Below, in pieces: positions 18,083 to 26,864 of a stretch of DNA of 45,894 bases. Position 1 is the first letter of the stretch. Each line of letters starts with the position of its first letter. The notes beneath the pieces were generated by a model that worked only from the letters and a program-made list of their open reading frames with translations, did no database searches and was not told the origin of the DNA. Origin of the DNA: Gammaproteobacteria bacterium (lineage in GTDB: Bacteria > Pseudomonadota > Gammaproteobacteria > Pseudomonadales > Cellvibrionaceae); assembly GCA_043745725.1 (NCBI GenBank), contig JAYTSJ010000076.1:1-45894 (forward strand), written 5' to 3'. The position numbers were made by a program, and so were the translations under genes.

Positions 18083-19836
18083 TGACTAACGCAGCATTTC
18101 AATTTGAAAATATAAAAACGCTGGAACAGGAATACGACATAGTGGTTGTTGGCGGCGGTACGGCTGGGCCAATGGCGGCAATCAAAGCAAAAGAGCGCAA
18201 TCCAAAATTACGTATTTTATTAATTGATAAAGCCAATGTGAAACGTTCCGGTGCCATCAGTATGGGTATGGACGGTTTAAATAACGCGGTCATTCCCGGT
18301 CACGCAACACCTGAGCAATACACCAAAGAAATTACTATTGCGAACGATGGAGTTGTAAATCAGGCAACCGTTTACGCTTACGCACAACACAGCTTTGCCA
18401 CTATCGAACAGCTTGATCGCTGGGGAGTGAAATTTGAAAAAGATGAAACAGGTGATTACGCGGTAAAAAAAGTGCATCACATGGGCTCCTACGTTTTGCC
18501 TATGCCTGAAGGTCACGACATTAAAAAAGTTTTATATCGTCAATTAAAGCGCGCGAAAATTTCGATTACCAATCGCCTCGTTAGCACACGTTTATTAACC
18601 GATGACGAAGGCGCCGTTTGCGGTGTTATGGGCTTTGATTGCCGTACCGCAGATTTTCATTTGATACGCGCAAAAGCAGTGATTTTATGCTGCGGTGCGG
18701 CGGGCCGCTTAGGTTTACCCGCATCCGGTTATTTAATGGGTACTTATGAAAATCCCACCAATGCTGGTGATGGTTATGCAATGGCTTATCACGCCGGTGC
18801 AGAGCTTGCGAATCTGGAATGTTTTCAAATTAACCCTTTAATTAAAGATTACAACGGCCCCGCCTGTGCTTATGTAACAGGCCCTCTCGGTGGATATACT
18901 GCAAACAATAAAGGTGAACGTTTTATTGAATGCGATTACTGGAGCGGACAAATGATGTGGGAATTTTACCAGGAACTTGAAGGTGGTAATGGCCCGGTAT
19001 TTTTAAAACTGACGCATTTAGCAGAAGAGACCATTCAAAATATTGAAACGATTTTGCACAGCAATGAGCGCCCGAGTCGCGGGCAATTTCACGCGAACCG
19101 CGGTACAGATTATCGCGAGCAAATGATTGAAATGCATATTTCTGAAATTGGCTTTTGCTCTGGCCACAGTGCATCCGGCGTGTGGGTAAATGAAAAAGCC
19201 GAAACCTCCGTGAAGGGGCTTTACTCTGCGGGTGACATGGCCGCCGTGCCGCACAACTATATGCTCGGTGCATTTACCTACGGTTGGTTCGCAGGTGCTA
19301 ACGCAGCTGATTATGTTGCTGAGCGCGAATTTTCCAACGTAAACAGCGAGCAAGTGGAAATTGAAAAGAAACGTGTTTACGCACCCCTGCTACGCACCGA
19401 AGGTTTACCACCGGCACAAGTTGAATACAAATTGCGCCGCTTTGTAAATGATTATTTACAACCACCGAAAGTAACAAAAAAAATGGAAATTGGTTTGCAA
19501 CGCTTTGCTGCAATTGCACAAGACATTGAACAACTCAAGGCCAGCAATGCACACGAATTAATGCGCGCAATGGAAGTTAGCATGATTCGCGATTGCGCCG
19601 AAATGGCTGCGCGCGCTTCATTATTTCGCACAGAAAGCCGCTGGGGTTTGTATCACTATCGCGTTGATCATCCACAACGCAACGACGCCGATTGGTTTTG
19701 CCATTGCCATTTGAAGAAAGATGAAAATGGCAACATGGTTAGCTTGAAGCGCCCCGTTGAGCCTTACTTAATTCCGCTCAACGAAAAAGAACAAGGTGCA
19801 TATAAACAGCTGCGATTAAAGGTTGCAAACGCTTAA
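18082..19836 (+). CDS. FAD flavoprotein of the fumarate/APS reductase superfamily (AprA/AsfA-like)
   Basis: VVGGGTAG, RSGA, GDGYAMAY, GLYSAGD and RTESRWG motifs. Confidence 0.9.
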   Translation: MTNAAFQFENIKTLEQEYDIVVVGGGTAGPMAAIKAKERNPKLRILLIDKANVKRSGAISMGMDGLNNAVIPGHATPEQYTKEITIANDGVVNQATVYAYAQHSFATIEQLDRWGVKFEKDETGDYAVKKVHHMGSYVLPMPEGHDIKKVLYRQLKRAKISITNRLVSTRLLTDDEGAVCGVMGFDCRTADFHLIRAKAVILCCGAAGRLGLPASGYLMGTYENPTNAGDGYAMAYHAGAELANLECFQINPLIKDYNGPACAYVTGPLGGYTANNKGERFIECDYWSGQMMWEFYQELEGGNGPVFLKLTHLAEETIQNIETILHSNERPSRGQFHANRGTDYREQMIEMHISEIGFCSGHSASGVWVNEKAETSVKGLYSAGDMAAVPHNYMLGAFTYGWFAGANAADYVAEREFSNVNSEQVEIEKKRVYAPLLRTEGLPPAQVEYKLRRFVNDYLQPPKVTKKMEIGLQRFAAIAQDIEQLKASNAHELMRAMEVSMIRDCAEMAARASLFRTESRWGLYHYRVDHPQRNDADWFCHCHLKKDENGNMVSLKRPVEPYLIPLNEKEQGAYKQLRLKVANA

Positions 19837-19886
19837 CTCTCAATAAAAGTTCGCAACAAAAGCAGGCAGTAAGAACAGGAGGCAAT

Positions 19887-20132
19887 ATGGCCCAGCAAGC
19901 ACAAGAAATATTTTTTCGCAGCAATGCACCCGTAACAGTCGATGAAGACAAATGTATTGCACATAAAGGCTGTACTGTTTGTGTTGAAGTTTGCCCAATG
20001 GATTTATTGGCAATTAACCCAGTAACGCAAAAAGCCTATATGCAATTTGATGAATGCTGGTATTGCATGCCTTGCGAGACCGATTGCCCTACAGGGGCCG
20101 TGAAAGTAGATATCCCTTACTTGCTACGTTAA
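19887..20132 (+). CDS. 2x[4Fe-4S] ferredoxin (AprB/AsfB-like)
   Basis: CIAHKGCTVCVEVCP and CWYCMPCETDCP. Confidence 0.93.
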   Translation: MAQQAQEIFFRSNAPVTVDEDKCIAHKGCTVCVEVCPMDLLAINPVTQKAYMQFDECWYCMPCETDCPTGAVKVDIPYLLR

Positions 20133-20182
20133 TTGCTACATTACTTGTTACGTTAATTACTGCATTAATAGCTACGTTAATT
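20116..20182 (+). repeat. 12-bp tandem repeat (about 5.5 units) spanning the ferredoxin stop codon
   Basis: cttacttgctac gttaattgctac attacttgttac gttaattactgc attaatagctac gttaatt. Confidence 0.85.
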
Positions 20183-20309
20183 TTTTTAAACAATATTTTT
20201 TAGTAGTCGCTACCCAAAATTGGATGCATTTTATTTTTACACCTCTCGTTGCCCACCTCTTACCAGAGGCGAAAACGATTAACAAAAAATTAAATCAGAG
20301 AGGAAAACC

Positions 20310-21707
20310 ATGCGTTTCACGATCAAGTTAGCTACCAGCTTTGCACTGGCAATTGCAACATTTAGCAGCATTAACAGTCACGCCGAAACTATTCGCGTTG
20401 CACTCGGCACACAAGACACCACTATCAATTGCGCTACCGGTGGCTTATTAATTCGCGAATTAAAATTATTGGAAAAATATTTACCACACGAGGGTAAATA
20501 TAAAGATGTGACTTACGATATCCAATGGAAAAACTTTACCAGCGGCGCACCGCTTACCAACGAAATGGTGGCAGGTAAATTAGATTTTGGTGCTATGGCA
20601 GATTTCCCTGGTTCATTTAACGGGGTAGCGCACGAAGCCGCTGGCAAACACAGTATTTTCCTAAGCGTGTTATCAGGCAGTATTAAAGGCAGTGGTAACG
20701 GCATTGTTGTACCCGCCGCATCCAGTGTGCAATCTATTAGCGAATTAAAAGGTAAAACTATTTCTGTGCCCTTCGCATCAACATCTCACGGTATGTTGCT
20801 GCGCGCAATTAAAGCACAGGGTTGGGATGTCGATAAAGATGTACATATTATTGCGCAAGCGCCGGAAATTGCAGGCTCCGCATTAAAAAGTAATCGTATT
20901 GAAGCCCATGCGGATTTTGTTCCTTTTGCAGAATTATTTCCTAACCGCGGTTTTGCACGCAAAATTTATGATGGTTCACAAGCAAACACCCCTACCTTCC
21001 ATGGTTCATTAGTAGATGGTGCCTATGCTGAGAAATATCCGGAAATAGTAGTTGCTTACTTACGCGCCGCAATTGAGGCCAACAGAATCATCGCTGCCGA
21101 GCCAGAAAAATACAGTGAATTGATTGAAAAAGTAACTGGCATTGATGCAGAAGTAAATTACCTTTTCCACGGCCCTTTAGGATTGCAAACTCGCGATTTC
21201 ACCTGGAAGCCGGAATATCGCCAAGCGCTTTCTACTGCGATAGATACGTTAAAATTGTTGAAGAAAACCGATCAAGGTTTGAATACCGATAAATTCGTGA
21301 ACGACAAATATCTGCGCGAAGCATTTAAACAGTCCAATCTGGATTATAAAAAATCACTCGCTGACTATTCACCTTTAGCATTGAGCGCAAAAGATGCGGT
21401 ATCAGGCCAACCAATTACTGATTTCAAACATGTTGCGCAAATTTGGGTTCGCGGTGAGCCGTTAGTGCGTCATTACTCATCATTCGGTGGTGCAATAAAA
21501 GCGTTGAAAGAATTGGAAACAGCGGGAACTGATATTCGTGCTATTTACGCTCAAGCATCAGACAGCGGAATTAAGTTATTGGCGAATCAAGCATGGTTTG
21601 TGGAGAACAATGGGCAGATAGACGCGTTCCTGTTAAAGGACCAAGCGGAAACATTTGCGAAAGCTAAAGGCGGCAATGTGCGCGACTTTGGATCAATTCG
21701 AATTTAA
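20310..21707 (+). CDS. Sulfonate/nitrate-type ABC substrate-binding protein with C-terminal NosL-like extension
   Basis: Signal peptide; F.SG.P....M.AG.LD and LKGKTI.VP..ST.H (SsuA/TauA-like); about 105 extra C-terminal residues. Confidence 0.88.
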   Translation: MRFTIKLATSFALAIATFSSINSHAETIRVALGTQDTTINCATGGLLIRELKLLEKYLPHEGKYKDVTYDIQWKNFTSGAPLTNEMVAGKLDFGAMADFPGSFNGVAHEAAGKHSIFLSVLSGSIKGSGNGIVVPAASSVQSISELKGKTISVPFASTSHGMLLRAIKAQGWDVDKDVHIIAQAPEIAGSALKSNRIEAHADFVPFAELFPNRGFARKIYDGSQANTPTFHGSLVDGAYAEKYPEIVVAYLRAAIEANRIIAAEPEKYSELIEKVTGIDAEVNYLFHGPLGLQTRDFTWKPEYRQALSTAIDTLKLLKKTDQGLNTDKFVNDKYLREAFKQSNLDYKKSLADYSPLALSAKDAVSGQPITDFKHVAQIWVRGEPLVRHYSSFGGAIKALKELETAGTDIRAIYAQASDSGIKLLANQAWFVENNGQIDAFLLKDQAETFAKAKGGNVRDFGSIRI

Positions 21708-21749
21708 TGTTTTCAACGTTTTATATTAAGGCCTGACAGGAACTACAAC

Positions 21750-22598
21750 ATGTCCGCAATAACCGAGAGCCAAGCAGTGCAGTTGCGCGAATTGGAAAAT
21801 CGTGAATCTGTGTTTGCGCGCGTGCCCTGGAAACGCGTTGGATTACAACTAGGTTCAATAGCGATTTGTTTGGCGCTATGGCAAATCGCCGCGACACAAA
21901 AACTCGATTTAGGTGTAGTCACTTTTAATAATGTGCCAACACCTAAAGAGGTGATTGCTGCACTCTGGCAATTGGTTCATTCGGATGTGTTGTTACCGCA
22001 TCTCACTAGCAGTTTATCGCGCGTGTTTAGCGGATATTTTTCTGCCGCGTTCGTGGGAATTGCGTTGGGGTTGGCGATTGGTCGTTCACGTCGAGCAGAA
22101 GATATATTAATGCCGCCGCTGGAATTGTTGCGCCCTATTCCTGCGGTCGCGTGGATTCCTTTGGCAATTTTGATGTTTCCTTCATCAGAAGCGTCGATGA
22201 TTTTTATTACGTTTACTGGCGCACTATTTCCAATTTTATTAAATACCGTGCACGGTGTTGAAGCGGTTGATCCGCGTTTGATTGCATCTGCTCGTAGTTT
22301 GGGTGCATCGAAAGCTGCAATATTGCGCGAAGTTATTTTGCCGGGTGCCGCGCCAAGTATCGTGACAGGATTATCCATTGGTATGGGCACCTCATGGTTT
22401 TGTCTGGTTACCGCTGAAATGATTTCAGGGCAATTTGGTATTGGTTATTACACATGGTCGTCATACATTATCCAAAACTATCCGGAAATTATTGTCGGCA
22501 TGTTATTGATTGGATTGCTCGGCATGGGTAGCAGTTGGCTGATCAAACGCCTTGGCAATTTATTAACGCCATGGTATCGCTTGCAAGGAAAATCATAA
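21750..22598 (+). CDS. ABC permease (SsuC/TauC-like)
   Basis: RPIPAVAWIPL, SARSLGAS EAA-like loop, LVTAEM. Confidence 0.93.
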   Translation: MSAITESQAVQLRELENRESVFARVPWKRVGLQLGSIAICLALWQIAATQKLDLGVVTFNNVPTPKEVIAALWQLVHSDVLLPHLTSSLSRVFSGYFSAAFVGIALGLAIGRSRRAEDILMPPLELLRPIPAVAWIPLAILMFPSSEASMIFITFTGALFPILLNTVHGVEAVDPRLIASARSLGASKAAILREVILPGAAPSIVTGLSIGMGTSWFCLVTAEMISGQFGIGYYTWSSYIIQNYPEIIVGMLLIGLLGMGSSWLIKRLGNLLTPWYRLQGKS

Positions 22599-23494
22599 TG
22601 AGCGCCTACGAAACTGCGAAGAGCGAAAACGTAAAAAATTATGGCAATGCAGATGAAAACAACATTGGCGTCGGGCAAATTAATGCCGAACATATTTCTA
22701 TTCATCTTGGCGAAGGCAAAGCTGCTTTTGAAGCTGTGCATAAAGTTGATTTTACTATCGCACCAGGAGAGTTTGTTTGCATACTTGGGCCATCGGGTTG
22801 CGGTAAATCTACATTACTCGGTGCGCTCGCTGGCCACATCAAACCCAGAGGTGGAAAACTTTTATTGGATGGCCAAGCTATTCCCGGCCCATCGCCAGAA
22901 CGCGGGATGGTATTTCAGCATCACACATTGTTTCCGTGGCGCAGCACTGTTGAGAATGTAGCATTCGGATTAAAAATGCGCGGCATTGGTAAACAAGAGC
23001 GCATCAAGCAAGCGACTGAAATGTTAAAACTCGTTGGCCTTGAAGATTCGGCGAATCGCTGGCCATCGCAACTTTCTGGTGGCATGCAACAGCGTGTAGA
23101 AATTGCGCGGGTGTTAATTAATAAACCGCGCTTGTTATTAATGGACGAACCCTTTGGCGCACTCGATGCGCAAACACGTTTAAAAATGCAAACGTTATTA
23201 TTGGATATTTGGAGTCGTATTCGCACTACCGTTGTGTTTGTCACTCACGATATTGACGAAGCACTTTTTCTGGCGGATCGTATTTTAGTTATGAGCCCAC
23301 GTCCGGGAAAAATTATTGAAAATTTACCGGTAAATTTTGCGCGACCACGACGTACCGAGTTGGTTACTACGCCAGAATTTATGCAACTTAAACGCCATTG
23401 CCTGGAGCTACTCAATCATGAGGAAGGTCGGCATTTACCACGCCTTTCACCATTGGGATTGCCACCAGAATCGCAGCAAGATTTTGTTATTTAA
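22598..23494 (+). CDS. ABC ATP-binding subunit (SsuB/TauB-like)
   Basis: GPSGCGKST, LSGGMQQR, DEPFGALD, VTHD; ATG at 22598 overlaps the permease TAA. Confidence 0.95.
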   Translation: MSAYETAKSENVKNYGNADENNIGVGQINAEHISIHLGEGKAAFEAVHKVDFTIAPGEFVCILGPSGCGKSTLLGALAGHIKPRGGKLLLDGQAIPGPSPERGMVFQHHTLFPWRSTVENVAFGLKMRGIGKQERIKQATEMLKLVGLEDSANRWPSQLSGGMQQRVEIARVLINKPRLLLMDEPFGALDAQTRLKMQTLLLDIWSRIRTTVVFVTHDIDEALFLADRILVMSPRPGKIIENLPVNFARPRRTELVTTPEFMQLKRHCLELLNHEEGRHLPRLSPLGLPPESQQDFVI

Positions 23495-24514
23495 ATGTAT
23501 TTCCAAAACATTATTTATCGCGAGCCACCTATGATTGCTAAAGCCAACATTCAAGATAATCTCGATTATCCAGAAATCCTAGCTTTGCTACCACGCCTTC
23601 ATGACAGCGATGCTGCCGTACGCCGCATTGCTTTAATTGATCTGGCTGACCTTGAAGAACCAGAAGCCTTGCCTTTTTTAACGGCCAGCTTACTCGACGA
23701 CAGCGATGCGGATGTGCGCGGCGAAGCTGCACGTTTGCTCGCCGCATGGGAGGAGCCAGAAGTAATCGCAGCACTTTGCCGGGCCCTCACCGACCCAAGT
23801 GAAAACGTGCGCGAACTTGCCGCGCAAAGTTTGACTCAACTTAAAGAACCTGAATCCGGTCAGGTGATTTTGCCCTGGGTAATTCACGATGATATCAGTG
23901 TTCGTCGCCGCGCTTTACGCGCATTGCGCGAGCTGCGCTTGCCTGCCGCGGCGAAATCTGCGCGCACTGCATTAAGCGATAATGATGCTGGCGTACGCCG
24001 CGAAGCTGTCGGTGTTTTGGCTTGGCTCAAGCATGCACCTGCACTTATAGATTTAGCGAAACTCGCCAGCAGTGATGTCAATGTTGAAGTCCGTCGCGCG
24101 GCTACAGGCGCGCTCGGGTTTGCTGCTGATAAACAATTACTGCCTGAACTTTATCGTGCCCTGCAAGATAGCCAATGGCAAGTACGCGAAGAAGCTGCCG
24201 CAACACTCGGCAAATTAAATTTTAAAGAAGCAGGCACAAATTTAGTTGAGGCGCTGGTAGACGACTATTGGCAAGTGCGCCTGCAAGCCGCACGCGCACT
24301 CGGCAAATTGCGTTTTCTTTCCGCCAACTCAGCACTCATCACATTGCTCAGCCACAGCATTAGCAATTTACGTAAAGAGGCTGCACTTGCGCTGGGGGAA
24401 CTTGGTGATCAACATGCACTGCTTGCACTTCGCCACACGGAAAATGATACCGACCCTGAAGTACGTAAAGCAGTGCGTATAGCTCTCGCACAATTGAGCG
24501 GACGTTTAGCATGA
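23495..24514 (+). CDS. HEAT-repeat (PBS lyase-like) protein; alternative start at 23531
   Basis: About ten L.D....VR..AA..LG repeats. Confidence 0.9.
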   Translation: MYFQNIIYREPPMIAKANIQDNLDYPEILALLPRLHDSDAAVRRIALIDLADLEEPEALPFLTASLLDDSDADVRGEAARLLAAWEEPEVIAALCRALTDPSENVRELAAQSLTQLKEPESGQVILPWVIHDDISVRRRALRALRELRLPAAAKSARTALSDNDAGVRREAVGVLAWLKHAPALIDLAKLASSDVNVEVRRAATGALGFAADKQLLPELYRALQDSQWQVREEAAATLGKLNFKEAGTNLVEALVDDYWQVRLQAARALGKLRFLSANSALITLLSHSISNLRKEAALALGELGDQHALLALRHTENDTDPEVRKAVRIALAQLSGRLA

Positions 24515-24566
24515 TACGATTCAGCGTGGTAGAATTTTTAGCACGATACGATTTAGTATGATACAG
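24505..24566 (+). repeat. 15-bp tandem repeat (4 units) at the HEAT/DUF971 junction, containing a 16-codon ORF at 24511-24561
   Basis: tttagcatgatacga / ttcagcgtggtagaa / tttagcacgatacga / tttagtatgatacag. Confidence 0.8.
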
Positions 24567-24851
24567 CCGCCCATTAAATTGCATAACGCTCGCCAACAGC
24601 AACAACTCATTATTCGCTGGCAAAATGGCGAGGAACACGTTCTCAATTATCGGCAACTGCGGGCAGCTTGTCGCTGTGCAAGCTGCCGCGCAGATCATAC
24701 CAGCGGAAAAATCTCGTTGATCCCCACCGATTTACAAGTGGAAAAAATAAATAACCTCGGCCAGGGCCTGCAATTTATTTTTAGCGATGGACACGAGCGA
24801 GGCATTTTCCCATGGCAATATTTATGTGAGTTAGGATCTAACATCAAATAA
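24558..24851 (+). CDS. DUF971 / gamma-butyrobetaine hydroxylase N-terminal-like metal-binding protein
   Basis: LRAACRCASC and FSDGHERGIFPWQYL. Confidence 0.9.
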   Translation: MIQPPIKLHNARQQQQLIIRWQNGEEHVLNYRQLRAACRCASCRADHTSGKISLIPTDLQVEKINNLGQGLQFIFSDGHERGIFPWQYLCELGSNIK

Positions 24852-24947
24852 AAATGTTGACCTGCAAGATAGTGGGATGCAGCAAAACAAAAAAAGTGGA
24901 TAGCAGACTTTTTCCAGTAACCGCCACTTCCGGCACGACTTACTGCC

Positions 24948-25880
24948 TTAAAATGTCTTCACTTTTTTAATTGCTTCTATTTCTTTAATCGTTTCTATTT
25001 CTTCAATTATTTCTATATCCTTAACTGATTCTATATCTTCACTTTTTTCATCGAGGATATGCAATATGCCATCGAAAATAGCATCCACAGGGTCAGCTAA
25101 CATAGTCATAGAATTTAGAATAATGCATTGGCTTTCGTGCAGTGATAATAAATCTAAAGCTCTTGCTTTGGTGGAATCCTGCATGATACGAGAATGAACA
25201 AAAATAACATCAGGTTTCAGTTCAAATTTTTCCAAAAGATCCAACTCATAGGGTTGCTCTATACTAATACCTACTTTATAGCCACGTTCCCTATAGTTGC
25301 TCAGCGCCTTATGAAAATGATTTAAGGTTAAATCATTTAATAGTCTGGTATGCAATAAAACTCGCTTCGGCCCCAAACCACAATCGCTCAAAATATTTTC
25401 AAATATTTTTCCGTGATCATCAATAACACTCATGATATGGCGCGACTGCACCTGTAGCGATAAGATATATTTATTATTATGATAATTTTGCACATCAGTT
25501 TTTTGTAGATAATTCAACGAATGCAGCGTACGTACCAGCCTGTCCAAATGAATTATTTGATCGGTGCTATCCAACGAATTAAAAATGCTATCTATATTTA
25601 ATGAATTTCCAGTTGCTGATCGAACCAGCAATTCGCTTTCATAACCTATCAGGTTTTCATGGCCTGGTAATTTTTCATAGTCTAGCAATTTTTCATAGCC
25701 AGATAGGTGTTCTGATCCAATAGTATTAATAGGATGAAACTTGCTGCCTAAAATAAGATTGCCGAATCTAGCCCAGTAAGTATTATCTGTTTTGAAAAAA
25801 CCAGTTTTAGGCAAAGCTTTCGTTTGTGCCTGAGCTTGTAATTGATCATTAAAGTAATTCATGAGTTCGGTAAGCGGCAT
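24948..25880 (-). CDS. Stand-alone degenerate EAL-domain protein
   Basis: S.FHPI, GYESELL in place of EAL, LDRLVRTLH.LN; DDFG motif absent. Confidence 0.75.
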   Translation of the reverse strand: MPLTELMNYFNDQLQAQAQTKALPKTGFFKTDNTYWARFGNLILGSKFHPINTIGSEHLSGYEKLLDYEKLPGHENLIGYESELLVRSATGNSLNIDSIFNSLDSTDQIIHLDRLVRTLHSLNYLQKTDVQNYHNNKYILSLQVQSRHIMSVIDDHGKIFENILSDCGLGPKRVLLHTRLLNDLTLNHFHKALSNYRERGYKVGISIEQPYELDLLEKFELKPDVIFVHSRIMQDSTKARALDLLSLHESQCIILNSMTMLADPVDAIFDGILHILDEKSEDIESVKDIEIIEEIETIKEIEAIKKVKTF

Positions 25881-26237
25881 AATCTTAGCCCTGAAAATAT
25901 TGTTGTGATTTCAATCCGGTAATGAATGCATAATAAAGACCCTCTATTTATTTATGAAAGAATAAAATCTTCTCAGCTTATAGCATCTCTCCCTTAATGG
26001 TTAACTTATAAGCTTGCTGGCATTGAAAGCTGATAAGCCACGCTAATTATTTATATATTATTCATTTAAATGATTTATTTTTAGCTCCCATCGCAATCGC
26101 ATTATAAGGATATTCATATATATTCTTTCCCATTACCCTAAGTCATCACTATATTTCACAGCAACTTCACATTCTGTTTTTTTAAAAACCACCAGCTAGA
26201 TGTTTTTTAAAACAGTTGAATTTCCAGGAGAATAATT

Positions 26238-26768
26238 ATGACTGTGGTCCAATTAAATAATACGGCTCTGATAATTAACTCAGCTTTTGATAACACTGTT
26301 ACGCATGAAATCGCGACTGAAAAATCATTGCCAGCCGTACTTCAAGCGGCAAAACAAAAAGCAGGTTCTGAAAACCTTCCTTACTCAGGTGGAATTGATT
26401 CGGAAGAGGCATGGCGACTTTTTACGGGTGGACATGCACATCTAGTTGATGTGCGTGCAGCTGAGGAACGAAAATTTGTAGGTCATGTACCTAACACCCT
26501 TCACGTTGCCTGGCAGGTAGGGCCAGCACTTATCAAAAATCCGCGCTTTTTGCGTGAGCTTGAAAATAAATTATCAAAAGAATCCGTTATTTTATTTTTG
26601 TGCCGCAGTGGGAAGCGCTCCGCAGCAGCGGCAGAAGCAGCTGCTAACGCAGGGTTCAAATATGTATTTAATGTGCTCGAAGGTTTTGAAGGTGGTCTGG
26701 ATGAGCGCCAGCAACGCGGCAGCAACGGTGGCTGGCGTCAACGTGGATTACCCTGGGTACAAAACTAA
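26238..26768 (+). CDS. Single-domain rhodanese of the encapsulin operon
   Basis: LVDVR, CRSGKRS active-site loop, LEGFEG, GW...GLPW. Confidence 0.92.
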   Translation: MTVVQLNNTALIINSAFDNTVTHEIATEKSLPAVLQAAKQKAGSENLPYSGGIDSEEAWRLFTGGHAHLVDVRAAEERKFVGHVPNTLHVAWQVGPALIKNPRFLRELENKLSKESVILFLCRSGKRSAAAAEAAANAGFKYVFNVLEGFEGGLDERQQRGSNGGWRQRGLPWVQN

Positions 26769-26864
26769 GCGTGTTGAATTAGCAGCAACGAATCTATGAC
26801 TCCTGCTTAACGACTCAAATAATTAAGCGCCCTAATCATTGAACGTCGCCAGTGGAACCTATAA

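Noticed and set aside
18082-20132. Dissimilatory APS reductase or respiratory succinate dehydrogenase/fumarate reductase
   Set aside because: No sat, qmo, dsr or membrane-anchor genes; GntR and ABC context points to scavenging
20116-24566. CRISPR-like arrays at the 12-bp and 15-bp repeats
   Set aside because: Head-to-tail short repeats without unique spacers; no cas genes
25881-26237. CysB/LysR boxes in the EAL-rhodanese divergent region
   Set aside because: Plausible biologically, but T-N11-A matches are uninformative in such AT-rich DNA; no specific site can be supported
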